64,000 nt of DNA from Holophagaceae bacterium (GTDB taxonomy: Bacteria; Acidobacteriota; Holophagae; Holophagales; Holophagaceae), in the NCBI GenBank assembly GCA_016722505.1, contig JADKJH010000005.1, forward strand, positions 190,872-254,871, given 5' to 3'. The translations under genes were made by a program, and so were the position numbers. Positions 39,565 through 49,278 of this stretch are shown one piece after another. The notes under the pieces are model-generated. The model worked only from the letters and a program-made list of their open reading frames with translations. It made no database searches and was not told the origin of the DNA. Each line of letters opens with the position of its first letter. Positions within the stretch are counted from its first letter, which is position 1.

Positions 39565-39665
39565 GTGAGGTGGAGAGGTATGAGGGGCGAGGTTCAATAA
39601 GGTGGCGGCCAAAGGCCACATCAGCTAGTGCGCTGAAGGCGCACCCCTCATATCTCATACCTCAC
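39565..39665. repeat. Structured intergenic repeat element, copy 1 (about 101 bp, 25-bp imperfect terminal inverted repeats, internal hairpins); overlaps the stop codon of the arnA-like gene
   Basis: Left arm gtgaggtggagaggtatgaggggcg, right arm gcgcacccctcatatctcatacctcac. Core ttcaataaggtggcggccaaaggccacatcagctagtgcgctgaaggcgcac is about 80% identical to 61038..61145. Confidence 0.7.
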
Positions 39666-40732
39666 CCCTCCTCCTCCACCTGCTCCATGGCTTCGTACTC
39701 TTTCAGGAAGAAGTCGAGGCTCTTGGCCAGGGCCTCCTTCATGCTGACTTTGGGATCGAACCCGAAGGCGTCCTGCATCCGCTTGATGCTGGGTGTCCGC
39801 GTCAGCACATCCTGGTAGCCCTTGCCATAGAACGTCCCGCTGCTGGTTTCCACCAGTTCCGATAGCGGAATATTCCGCTTGATGCGCTCCGGGTGGACCC
39901 TCCACAACTCCAGCAGCATCTCCGCCACCTCGCGGACGCTGTGGTCGAGCTTGGGATTGCCGATGTTGAAGATATGGCCATCGGCCTTCCCTCCTTCATT
40001 TTTCAGCACCATCATCAGCCCGTCCATGGCGTCTTCCACGTCAATGAAGCAACGGCGCTGGGCGCCGCCGTCCACTAGCTGCAGCGGTTCGCCCTGGATC
40101 AGGTTCCACACGAATTGGGTCACCAGCCGCGAACTGCCTTCCTTCGCGGTGTTGAGGCTGTCCAGTTTGGGTCCCATCCAATTGAAAGGCCGGATCAGCG
40201 TGAATTTCAAACCATCCCGCTGGCCGTAGCCCCAGATCACGCGGTCCAGCAGCTGCTTGCTGGTGGAATAGATCCAGCGCTGCATGGGGATGGGGCCGGT
40301 CACTAGGGGAGAGGTCTCCTCGTCGAAAGCCGCGTCCGGGCACATGCCATAGACTTCCGAAGTGCTCGGGAACACCACGCGCTTTTTGTACTTCACGCAT
40401 TGGCGCACGATTCGCAGATTCTCTTCGAAATCCAACTCGAAAACCCGCAACGGATCCTGGACATAGATCTTCGGCGTAGCGATGGCGACCAGGGGCAGCA
40501 CCACGTCGCACTTCTTCACGTGGTACTCGATCCATTCTTTGGAGATGGTGATGTCGCCTTCCACGAAATGGAAGCGGTCATGGCCCAAATGTTCCGTGAC
40601 CTTATGGGTGCCGAGATCCATCCCGTACACCTCCCAATTGGTATCGCGCAAGATGCGCCCCACCAGGTGGGAACCGATGAATCCGTTGACGCCGAGGATG
40701 AGGACTTTCACATGTGCTCCAGAACAAACCAT
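39662..40732 (-). CDS. Standalone ArnA C-terminal dehydrogenase domain homolog (UDP-glucuronic acid oxidative decarboxylase, UDP-4-keto-pentose forming)
   Basis: Strong collinear similarity to E. coli ArnA residues about 317-660 (ILGVNGFIG, HFVEGDI, EWIEYHVKKCDVVLPLVAIATP, RVFELDFEENLRI, FPSTSEVYGMC, RWIYSTSKQLLDRVIWGYG, GNP...). Confidence 0.9.
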   Translation of the reverse strand: MVCSGAHVKVLILGVNGFIGSHLVGRILRDTNWEVYGMDLGTHKVTEHLGHDRFHFVEGDITISKEWIEYHVKKCDVVLPLVAIATPKIYVQDPLRVFELDFEENLRIVRQCVKYKKRVVFPSTSEVYGMCPDAAFDEETSPLVTGPIPMQRWIYSTSKQLLDRVIWGYGQRDGLKFTLIRPFNWMGPKLDSLNTAKEGSSRLVTQFVWNLIQGEPLQLVDGGAQRRCFIDVEDAMDGLMMVLKNEGGKADGHIFNIGNPKLDHSVREVAEMLLELWRVHPERIKRNIPLSELVETSSGTFYGKGYQDVLTRTPSIKRMQDAFGFDPKVSMKEALAKSLDFFLKEYEAMEQVEEEG

Positions 40733-40794
40733 TCAGTCTACCAGTGGATCGCGGCGGCCCAAATTCCTCAGAACGGCGAAACCGCCGGGGACAT

Positions 40795-41490
40795 TCAGAT
40801 CCCCAGCGTCCGCCGCAATTCTTCCATCCGGCGGCGGCTGACGGGGATCCGCCCGCTCGACAGCACCAGATCATCGTCCGCGCTCAGCTCCCGGATGGCC
40901 TGGACCCGGACCAGCGCGTTGCGGTGAACCCGGAAGAAGCCCTGGTCCTTCAAGCGTTCCTCCCAGAAGGCCAGTGTGCCGTCCACCGGTAGGCGGCCCT
41001 CCGCCACCCAGGCCACGCAATCACCCAAATCCGCCACCAGCGCGTCCACCTCTTCGGGCTGCAACAGGCGGGTGCCGGACTTTCGGCGGACGGGGATGCG
41101 CCGCCACTCCCGCTGGAGCGGCTCGTCCTTGGGGCGGATCCTGGAGATGGCCTGCGCCACACCGACCCGCGAAATGGGCTTGAGTAGATAGTGGACCGCG
41201 CCGCCAGCGAAGGCCTCCACAGCGTGCTGCGGATGGGCCGTCACGAAAACCACCGCAGGTTTCGGTTCCGACAGGAGCTGCATCAGTTCCACACCTTTCA
41301 TCCCTGGCATCTCGATGTCGAGGAACGCCGCGTCAGGCTTTAGTCCGGCAATAGCGGCAAGTCCAGCGCGGCCGTTTTCGGCCGTGGCCACCACTTCGAT
41401 TCCCGGAAGCTCCGAGAGCAGGTCCGCCAGATGCTGGCGCGCCAAGGGCTCGTCCTCCACCACGACCACGCGTATCAAGGTTGCCTCCAC
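40795..41490 (-). CDS. LytR/AlgR-family response regulator (CheY receiver + LytTR DNA-binding domain)
   Basis: Receiver with phospho-acceptor D (FLDIEMPGMKG); LytTR domain at the C-terminus. Confidence 0.85.
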   Translation of the reverse strand: MEATLIRVVVVEDEPLARQHLADLLSELPGIEVVATAENGRAGLAAIAGLKPDAAFLDIEMPGMKGVELMQLLSEPKPAVVFVTAHPQHAVEAFAGGAVHYLLKPISRVGVAQAISRIRPKDEPLQREWRRIPVRRKSGTRLLQPEEVDALVADLGDCVAWVAEGRLPVDGTLAFWEERLKDQGFFRVHRNALVRVQAIRELSADDDLVLSSGRIPVSRRRMEELRRTLGI

Positions 41491-42518
41491 CGGAAGCTTG
41501 CCACGGTGCGGGCATCTATTCGTTCCAGGCTCAAATCCTGGGGCTTCGAGAGGCGGCCCCGGAGCGTCGCCAGCGCCGTGCCGGTCCCCCGCTGGAAGCC
41601 GATGCCCGTGCCAGGATCGCTCACCTCCACCACCAGGACTTTCCCCTCCTGCCTCGCCCCGATGCGGATCTCCCCGCCACCCTCCAATGGCGCGATGCCA
41701 TGCTTCACAGCATTCTCCACGAGCACCTGCAGCGAAAGCGGCGGCACCGATGCGGATTCAAGTTCTTCGGGGATGTCCACGCGGACCCTCAGCCTTTCGC
41801 CCAGCCGCGCCTGCTCGATGCCCAGGTAGGCTTCGACGAATCCAAGCTCCTGCTTGAGCGGGATCGCCGCCGAATCCGAAACCTCGATCGCCTGCCGGAA
41901 GAGCTGGGCCAACCGCTCCGTAGTGGCCTGTGCCCCGCGCGGATCCGCTTCGATCTGCGCGTGGAGCGTGTTCAACGTGTTGAAGATGAAATGCGGCGCG
42001 AGCTTCGCGCGGAGCGCCTGCTCCCTGGCCAGCAGTTCCAGGTTTTCCAGCCGGGACTGATGTTCGCGGCCCACGATGCTTCCCAATATCATCACGGGGA
42101 AAAGCACGAGGAACAGCACCGAAACCGGCGCGTGGTGCCCCAGGATTTGGGAACCGGCCGCCAGGGCAACGCCAACAGGGACCGCGATCATCACGCTGCG
42201 GGCTTCCATCCGGGCCCGCCAGGCCTCAAATTCACGGGGCGAGAAGGTAGCCAGTTTGGATCGGCGGATTTCCTTCAATCTGAGCAGGATGATGAAATAG
42301 CAAACAAACCCCGCGCACAGGAGCAATCCAATCATCCAAGGATGAGGCAACCCGCCCCGCGCCTCCATCCAACGGCTATCGAGAAGACCCTGCACAACGG
42401 CATAGGGGAGCACCAGGGTCAAGATCCACCCTAGCCCACCATCAAGAGACCGGGTCATCCCAAGGGGGTGGAAAAGTTGCTGCAGCTTGAACGGGGGACT
42501 TGCGGGGACCTGCGACAT
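41475..42518 (-). CDS. LytS/YehU-type sensor histidine kinase (His_kinase PF06580 + HATPase_c)
   Basis: 4 N-terminal TM helices; HFIFNTLN H-box typical of LytS-type kinases; N/G boxes (LVENAVKHG, DPGTGIG); 16-nt overlap with the response regulator gene. Confidence 0.8.
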   Translation of the reverse strand: MSQVPASPPFKLQQLFHPLGMTRSLDGGLGWILTLVLPYAVVQGLLDSRWMEARGGLPHPWMIGLLLCAGFVCYFIILLRLKEIRRSKLATFSPREFEAWRARMEARSVMIAVPVGVALAAGSQILGHHAPVSVLFLVLFPVMILGSIVGREHQSRLENLELLAREQALRAKLAPHFIFNTLNTLHAQIEADPRGAQATTERLAQLFRQAIEVSDSAAIPLKQELGFVEAYLGIEQARLGERLRVRVDIPEELESASVPPLSLQVLVENAVKHGIAPLEGGGEIRIGARQEGKVLVVEVSDPGTGIGFQRGTGTALATLRGRLSKPQDLSLERIDARTVASFRWRQP

Positions 42519-42716
42519 GAAATTCCTCCAACACCAGAATCGCCCAATCGCTCAAGTCCGGTTCAGCCACCCCGTGATCGGCAATACGACGCCGTGAATG
42601 GCTTCACCGTGCCCTTGAACGGTCGCGCAGAGCAGCGCTTGCCCTGCCCGGTTCCCATTTCGGCCGCTCCGCCCCTCGCGGTTCGGCTTTCCCCGGTACT
42701 TCCTGCGACCCGAAGT

Positions 42717-43771
42717 TCAAACCCGGCAGACCACTTTCCCGAAGCCCTGCCCCGCCTCCAGGTGCCGCTGCGCCTCGGGGTAATCAGCGAGATTGAACAC
42801 CCGGTCGATGACGGGCCGGAAGGGCGGGTTGGTGGGATTGCGCTGGATATGCCCCAGCAGGGTCCACAGGTGTTCGCGGCGGCCCATGTAGGATCCGAGG
42901 AAGGTGAGTTGCCGGGCGAAAAGGGAGCGGAGGTCCAGCGTGATTTCGCGGCCCGTGGTGGCGCCGCAGGTGACGATGCGGCCCCCACGCGCGACGGAGG
43001 CGACGCTGGTCGCCCAGCTCGCGGCCCCCGTGTGTTCAAAAACCAGGTCCACTCCGCGCTTCTGGGTCAGCTCCTTCACTTTTATCGCCACATCCTGGAT
43101 GTCGCGGACGATGACATGCTCGGCGCCCAGTTCCCAGCACTTCACGGCTTTCATCTGATTGCCCACCACGGCGATGGCATGGCCACCAAGGAATTTCACC
43201 AATTGGATGGCCGCACTGCCTACGCCGCTGCTACCACCCCAAATCAAGACCGTTTCGCCCGGTTTCAGGTTGGCTTTATGCACAAGCATTTCCCAAGCAG
43301 TGAGGAAGACCAGCGGAAACGCCGCCGCCTGCTCAAAGTCCCAGTTTCCCGGGATGGGCAGCAGGTTGGCCGCAGGCACCATCACCTGGGTGGCTGCGGT
43401 GCCATCACAGGCATGGCCCATAACCTTATAGTCGCGGCAAAGCATATCGTCGCCCCGCAGGCAGGCCGCGCAGACGCCGCAGCTGAGCCCCGGCGCGATC
43501 ATTGCGCTGCCATTCAGTTCCACGCCTGGCGGCAAAATCGTGCCTTCCCCCACGGCCTCCACGAGGCCTGCGCCATCGCACCGGGGGTGAGCGGCAGCGG
43601 CAAGGGATACCCTTTCAGCCCCACCGTGGTCCACAGATCCAGATGGTTGAGCGCCATAGCCTTTAGTTGAAGCCTCACCCAGCCTGGCTTTGGGTCCTGC
43701 GGTTCGAAACCTTCCCGAACCACAGAACCGGCGGGGCCATGCTCATTCACGCGGAAACGGTAGGCGTTCAT
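42717..43771 (-). pseudogene. Zinc-type/MDR-family quinone oxidoreductase (alcohol dehydrogenase superfamily), frameshifted near 43540-43600
   Basis: N fragment MNAYRFRVNEHGPAGSVVREGFEPQDPKPGWVRLQLKAMALNHLDLWTTVG (GroES-like); C fragment ...CDGAGLVEAVGEGT...LIWGGSSGVGSAAIQL (Rossmann). Different frames, overlap 43514..43634. Confidence 0.7.
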
Positions 43772-43902
43772 GGGGGCTCCATGGGCTGTGGGTGTAACCG
43801 GAAGGTTTGGGATTTAGATGCTTATGGTTTCGAACCCTGGGTTTTATGCGCTCTATGCGCTCTATGTGATTGACAACCGGAAATCATCAATGGCAATTCA
43901 AA

Positions 43903-44916
43903 TTACTCTGATTTCAAGGATCTCTTCATGAGCCGTCCCACGGCTTCCTTTGGATTGGCACCGTCCAGCAACCGGGCTACTTCCTCGGCGATGGGTAATT
44001 CCACGCCCCATTGCAGGGCCAGGGCCAGCGCGGCTTTGGTGGTGCTGGCACCCTCCATGACTTGGCCGCCCATCAGGTCCTGGGCTTCGGCCATGCTTTT
44101 GCCCTCGGCGAGATAGGCGCCCAACCTTCGGTTGCGGCTTTGAGGCCCGGTGGCGGTAAGCAGCAGATCGCCCATGCCCGCCAGCCCCATGACTGTGTCC
44201 GGCTCCCCCCCCATGGCCGCGACGAGCCGTGAGATTTCAGCCAGCCCCCGGGTGATGAGCGCTGCTCTCGCATTGTGTCCAAGGCCCAGGTTTTCCACCA
44301 AACCCGCCGCGATGGCGAGGACATTTTTCAACGCTCCGCAAAGTTCCACGCCCACTACATCGCGGCTTAAATAAATGCGCAAATGTTCTGTGGCCAGATC
44401 GTGCTGGAGGGCCACGGCCCGCGCGGCAGAGACACCTGGAGGAAGTGCCAAGACCATGGCGGAAGGTAGGTTTTTGGCCACCTCGTCTGCGAAGGTTGGA
44501 CCCGAAAGCACACCCACGGGAATCCCCAGTAGCGGCTCCAGCGCTTCGGAAAGGCGCTGGTGGCTGTCTGCCAGAATGCCCTTGCTGGTGTGCAACAGGA
44601 CATCCGGCGCCTGGGATGTCCAGCTTGGCGCCTGGGTTCGAAGCGCTGCCCAGGCTCCGGGGCTCGCCTGGGTGGCGATGCTAGAGATCCACAACCCGGC
44701 CGAGAAGGCTTCGGCAGGGTCAGACATGGGGTAGAGGTTGGGCGGCAGCTCAGCCCCATTCAAGCGGGGGTGGCGCCGCGTGGTGGCCAATTCCTTCATT
44801 TTCGAAGGCGTGTGTCCCCATAACGCCACATGATGCCCGGCCTTGGCCCAGGCGATGGCTAGGGCCGTGCCCCAGACGCCGGCGCCGAATATCGCGATAT
44901 CAGGGCGGCTAGGCAT
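43903..44916 (-). CDS. gpsA: NAD(P)H-dependent glycerol-3-phosphate dehydrogenase
   Basis: IAIFGAGVWGTALA Rossmann, GALKNV motif. ORF finder extends to 45006 but the conserved start is MPSRPDIAIFG. Confidence 0.9.
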   Translation of the reverse strand: MPSRPDIAIFGAGVWGTALAIAWAKAGHHVALWGHTPSKMKELATTRRHPRLNGAELPPNLYPMSDPAEAFSAGLWISSIATQASPGAWAALRTQAPSWTSQAPDVLLHTSKGILADSHQRLSEALEPLLGIPVGVLSGPTFADEVAKNLPSAMVLALPPGVSAARAVALQHDLATEHLRIYLSRDVVGVELCGALKNVLAIAAGLVENLGLGHNARAALITRGLAEISRLVAAMGGEPDTVMGLAGMGDLLLTATGPQSRNRRLGAYLAEGKSMAEAQDLMGGQVMEGASTTKAALALALQWGVELPIAEEVARLLDGANPKEAVGRLMKRSLKSE

Positions 44917-45589
44917 TTGGCTTATCTTCTGGCGACGTGCCCCAGAGTTTGGATTCAGTGCCCATTTGCAGCCGGCAGATGTTCTCGTGATGCTTCGCGA
45001 TGACAAGGACCGCTACGCAAGTCCAGGCCAACAGGTAGGGGAAATGTTCCCCCAAGGCGCGGAAGCCGCCATACGGGCCGCTCAGCGCCAGCAGGAAGAC
45101 CTCCAAAGGCAACATCAACGCTGCGAGAATGCTGCCGAGGCTCACATGCCGGGTGAGCCAAAGGGCTGCCACGAAGAAAGCCAAAGGCAGGGCACCCAGG
45201 CGCCATTGCACCGCCAGGATGATGCCGAGGGCTGTCGCTACGCCCTTGCCACCCTTGAAGCGCAGCCAAGGGGAAAATGCGTGGCCCGATACCGCTGCGA
45301 AACCGACCCAGGGCAGGAAGGCTTCCTCGATTCCCGCACGGCGGGCCAGAATCACCGGAACGATTCCTTTTGCCACGTCCAGCAGAAGCACGATGATGCC
45401 GGCTCCCTTCCCGGCCACCCGGCTGACATTCGTCGCCCCTATGTTGCCGCTGCCCTTGGATCGGACATCGCCTTGCCCGAGCAACTTCACCACGATCAAA
45501 CCGAAAGGGACGCTGCCGCACAAAAAAGCGCCTAAGCACCAGAGCACTAGCCTGGTGGGCGCAAGCTGAAACAGTTGGGCAGATTCCAT
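44909..45589 (-). CDS. plsY: Glycerol-3-phosphate acyltransferase PlsY
   Basis: GSGNIGATN and FKGGKGVAT motifs; polytopic; conserved plsY-gpsA order. Confidence 0.85.
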   Translation of the reverse strand: MESAQLFQLAPTRLVLWCLGAFLCGSVPFGLIVVKLLGQGDVRSKGSGNIGATNVSRVAGKGAGIIVLLLDVAKGIVPVILARRAGIEEAFLPWVGFAAVSGHAFSPWLRFKGGKGVATALGIILAVQWRLGALPLAFFVAALWLTRHVSLGSILAALMLPLEVFLLALSGPYGGFRALGEHFPYLLAWTCVAVLVIAKHHENICRLQMGTESKLWGTSPEDKPNA

Positions 45590-45593
45590 CGAA

Positions 45594-46829
45594 TCACATT
45601 AGCAGAGGCGAGGTCTGCATCGCCCGCCTGAGCAGATCCAGCGCCCAGGCGGCGCTTCGTAGTTGGATATCCACGCGGTCCCCGGGAACAATCAGCGTGC
45701 GGACTTCCTCAGCCCTGGGTCCCACCACGGCGAGGGCGCATTCACCCAGGTTGCGCTCTATTCCACCGGCATCCAACGTTGGTCCCGCATTGCCGGTGAT
45801 GGCAAGTCCCCAGGTTGTGCCCAATCTCCCACGGATGCCCTTCGCGAGGGCCAAGGTCGTGGATTCACCAATGGTTCCATGCTCCTGGATGAAGGCCGGG
45901 TCAAGACCTGCCAAAGCGATTTTGGCGGTTGCGCTGTAGGCCACCGCGCCACCCAGAAATACCCTGCTGGCACCAGGGATGGCCGTAAGCCGTGAAGCCA
46001 CCAGCCCTCCGCTCATGCTTTCGGCCACCGCCAGGGTTTCGTTGCGTGATTCCAGCGTGTCCAGAATTGTACTTTCCAGATCGCCGCTGCCCACGCAAAC
46101 AAGGTCGCCACCCAGCTCCAAGGCCAGTTCCTCGCGCGCCACATCCAATGCGCCGGAATCAACGCTGCGGACAATGAACTCGACCTGGGCAAGGCCAGCG
46201 AGAATCGTCCAGTCGAGATGCGGATGGCGATGCCGGATGCCTTCGGTGCGCTGATCCAGCGTGCTCTCAGGCACGCCGCAAACAACCATGCGAAGTGTAT
46301 GCATCGCCAATCCAGCCATAGGTTTCAGATGTGGTTCCACGTGGTCCAGCCACATGCGCTTCATTTCCCTGGGCACGCCCGGCAGCATAAAAATAATTTT
46401 GCCGCCGCGCTCCCAGACGACACCAGGCGCGGTCCCCAATGGATTGGCCAGGGGCCTCGACCCCTCCGGGAAAAGCACCTGCTTGAAATTCGCGGGAGGA
46501 GGAACACGCTGTCTCTGCGCGTACCAAGCCACGAGATCCTCATGGCTCTGGGCGTCTTCAATCAGTTCCACACCAAAGGTGTCCGCCCACACCTCCTTGG
46601 TGAAGTCGTCAAAAGTAGGGCCGAGACCCCCGGTGCAGATAATCACGTCGCTGCGCCAGAAGGCCTCCTGGCAGAGTTCTGCGAGATCTTCCCGATGGTC
46701 TCCGATGGCCGTTTTGCGATGGAGTCCCAGCCCCAACCCTGCCAAGCGTTCGGCGATCCACACAGAATTGGTGTCCAGCCGCTTGGTGGTAAGCAACTCT
46801 GAGCCAATGGCGATGCATTCGATACGCAT
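45594..46829 (-). CDS. cinA: CinA family protein (MoCF-binding N-domain + NMN deamidase PncC C-domain)
   Basis: MRIECIAIGSELL...ICTGGLGPT and ESMSGGL motifs; 411 aa. Confidence 0.85.
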   Translation of the reverse strand: MRIECIAIGSELLTTKRLDTNSVWIAERLAGLGLGLHRKTAIGDHREDLAELCQEAFWRSDVIICTGGLGPTFDDFTKEVWADTFGVELIEDAQSHEDLVAWYAQRQRVPPPANFKQVLFPEGSRPLANPLGTAPGVVWERGGKIIFMLPGVPREMKRMWLDHVEPHLKPMAGLAMHTLRMVVCGVPESTLDQRTEGIRHRHPHLDWTILAGLAQVEFIVRSVDSGALDVAREELALELGGDLVCVGSGDLESTILDTLESRNETLAVAESMSGGLVASRLTAIPGASRVFLGGAVAYSATAKIALAGLDPAFIQEHGTIGESTTLALAKGIRGRLGTTWGLAITGNAGPTLDAGGIERNLGECALAVVGPRAEEVRTLIVPGDRVDIQLRSAAWALDLLRRAMQTSPLLM

Positions 46830-46899
46830 AGGCGCTCCGTGTGGATTGGCGATGAAGAAACTGGATTAAGGCATCGCGGCGAAGTAGTAACTTTGATAC

Positions 46900-47178
46900 A
46901 TGATCATCCCCGATATTGACGACTTGGTGCTGGAGCATGACGACGATACGGCCCTGGAAGAGGTCGGGCGGCGGGTCCTGAGCCGTGGCCCCTGGACCAC
47001 CGTGGCCTTTCTCGTCAATACCCGCAACGGTCCCGAGACCCCCTGGGAAGGCCCTTTCCTCTGGTTGCACCGTTACCAGAAAGTGGCGCAAGGCTACAAA
47101 CTTGTGAGCCGGTTCCACACTACAGACAAAGGCCAGCTGGATGCGCTTTCGGAGGCGATGCGGGAGTGGGAGCTTTGA
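46900..47178 (+). CDS. Hypothetical protein (92 aa, acidic N-terminus)
   Basis: ORF only; no recognisable motif; divergent from cinA. Confidence 0.3.
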   Translation: MIIPDIDDLVLEHDDDTALEEVGRRVLSRGPWTTVAFLVNTRNGPETPWEGPFLWLHRYQKVAQGYKLVSRFHTTDKGQLDALSEAMREWEL

Positions 47179-47208
47179 GCTATCAGCTCAAACCTCATAG
47201 CCTACCGA

Positions 47209-47370
47209 TCATCCAAAATATTCCCGATCGATCCAGCGTGCGGCCCAAAGGCCAAATCCGCTGGCCACCATGGAAAGCACCACGGCCGTAGTGATTCCAA
47301 CAAACGCCCCAAGCCACCACCCGATCCAGCCAGTGATCGTCATGAGCAAAAGGCTGATCATTCCTTTCAT
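47209..47370 (-). CDS. Small transglycosylase-associated/YeaQ-YmgE-like membrane protein (53 aa), in a different frame from the ORF-finder call 47195..47377
   Basis: Hand-translated: MKGMISLLLMTITGWIGWWLGAFVGITTAVVLSMVASGFGLWAARWIDREYFG. Two hydrophobic helices with the GxxG pattern typical of the GlsB/YeaQ/YmgE family. Confidence 0.5.
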   Translation of the reverse strand: MKGMISLLLMTITGWIGWWLGAFVGITTAVVLSMVASGFGLWAARWIDREYFG

Positions 47371-47440
47371 GATTCACCAGGGCATGAAGCGAGAGCCTTG
47401 GGCATTAAATCGGCGCGATCAGGGTTAAGGTGCCGCAATC

Positions 47441-48863
47441 TCAAAACGACATCACCTTCATCGTGTTCGTGCTGCCGCTCTTCCATAAGGGCAGCCCCAT
47501 GGTCATCACGATTTGATCTCCGGGATTCAGTTCGTGGTGGGCTAGAAGGAGTTCACGAAGGGCTTCCACCATTTCATCGGAACTTTCCACCCGGGGAATG
47601 ATGAGGGCCTTCACGCCCCGCAACAGGCCCATGCGCCGGGCACTTGCGATATCCGTGGTGGCGCCCAGCACGGATATCTTGCCAGCCAGGCGCGAAACCA
47701 TGCGGGCGCTGCCACCGCCTTCAGTGAAGGCCACGATCCAGCGAGCTTGAATTTCTTCAGCCGTGCGGCAGGCGGAAAAGGCCACGGAAATATCAGCCCG
47801 ACCATGGATTTTCGTGGCCAGTTCCCGCTGGATGGAATCGGTCCCGCGCTGCTGCTGGGAATCCGCTTCCATGGCGATGCGCACCAGCCATTGCACCGCT
47901 TCCACCGGGTACTGTCCTGTGGCGCTCTCGGCGCTGAGCATGACGGCATCGGTGCCATCCCAGATGGCATTGGCCACGTCGCTGGCCTCGGCTCTTGTGG
48001 GCTGAGGATTCACGATCATAGACTCGAGCATTTGCGTCGCAGTGATGACCGGCTTCAGCGCCCTTCGCGCGGCGCGGATGATGCGCTTTTGCAGCCCCGG
48101 CACGCGCTCCACGCCTAATTCGACCCCGAGGTCTCCCCGGGCCACCATCACCCCCCAGGAGACTTCGAGAATTTCCTCGAGATGGGCCAGGGCCAGGGGG
48201 TGCTCGATCTTGGCGATGATGGGTTGCGAGCCGCCTTGCTGCTCAATGCGCGCCTGCAGCAGCCGCACATCTTCTGCCCCCCGCACGAAACTCTGCGCGA
48301 ACAGATCCACGTCGTGGGCCACACCCCATTTGATATCGGCGAGATCTTTTTCCGTCAAGGGATCCATCGCCACATCGAGGCCCACGGGATGGACGCCTTT
48401 CCGCGCTTTCAGCAGGCCCCCCACCACCACCCGCGCCACCACAACCACCCCATTGGATTTGGTGACTTCCAGCTTCAACGCGCCATCATCCAACAGCCAG
48501 ACCTGGCCCGGCCTGGCCGCAGCAAAAAGTTCTGGATGAGGCAATGGCGCGGCCCACGCAAAGCCGGTGGGCGCGGGCGTTTCCGGGGGAATGCAACACT
48601 CCCGTGCTGCCTACCTCCAACTGCACCGGTTCATCCAGCAACCCGATGCGCCACTTGGGTCCTTGAAGATCCAAAAATATCGGGATGTGACGTCCCAGTT
48701 CCAAGCTGACAGCCCGGACCTCGGAGAGCACTTTTGCCCTGGATTCTGGGTCGCCATGGCTGGCGTTGAGGCGCACCGCGTCCGCCTCCAATAATATTTC
48801 CCGCAGCTTGGAAGAATCCTGAAGCGCCGGTCCCATGGTTATGACGATCTTGGTTTTGCGCAC
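47441..48863 (-). pseudogene. pyk: Pyruvate kinase, split by a frameshift in a C5 run (about 48555-48565)
   Basis: N fragment MRKTKIVITMGPA...IFLDLQGPK; C fragment ...MVARGDLGVE...AMLSAESATGQYPVEAV.... Different frames, overlap 48486..48544; junction at cattcccccggaaacg. Confidence 0.85.
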
Positions 48864-49010
48864 GTAGTTGGCCTTTCAATCCACAAGTATTCCACAGTGT
48901 TTTCCACACCGTGGGCCCCGAAACCTGCCTGCCGGTTAAAAAAAATGGGCTATGCACCACCCTGAGTGCAATGCTACAACCTTGAACTCTTCTGATTGTG
49001 GAGTACTGGA

Positions 49011-49235
49011 ATGCGTGAGCAGCTGCGGAATCTCGTGGCAGAAATGGTGCGTAGGGGCATCCCGTTGGAGATGGCCAAACGAGAATTCGAGCGGGCCTAC
49101 CTCGAAGAAGTCCTCATGTCCCATCAAGGCAATCAGAGCGCGGCGGCGCGGCATCTTGGCATTCATCGGAACACCTTTTCCAAGAAGCTGGAAGCGCCTC
49201 CGGTAAGGCTCCGCCGAGTGACGATGGCGAGTTGA
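49011..49235 (+). CDS. Fis-family small DNA-binding protein (HTH_8)
   Basis: GNQSAAARHLGIHRNTFSKKL is the Fis/NtrC-type HTH; 74 aa from MREQLRN. Confidence 0.6.
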   Translation: MREQLRNLVAEMVRRGIPLEMAKREFERAYLEEVLMSHQGNQSAAARHLGIHRNTFSKKLEAPPVRLRRVTMAS

Positions 49236-49278
49236 ACTCGGACCCTCTGGCTGAAAGGCCTCAAGCCTGGAGTCTGGC

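Noticed and set aside
43830-43862. Tandem duplication ctctatgcg ctctatgcg ctctatgtg upstream of gpsA
   Set aside because: A 9-bp triple repeat in a promoter-proximal AT-richer spacer. It is too short and isolated to call a feature, and no flanking structure supports it.
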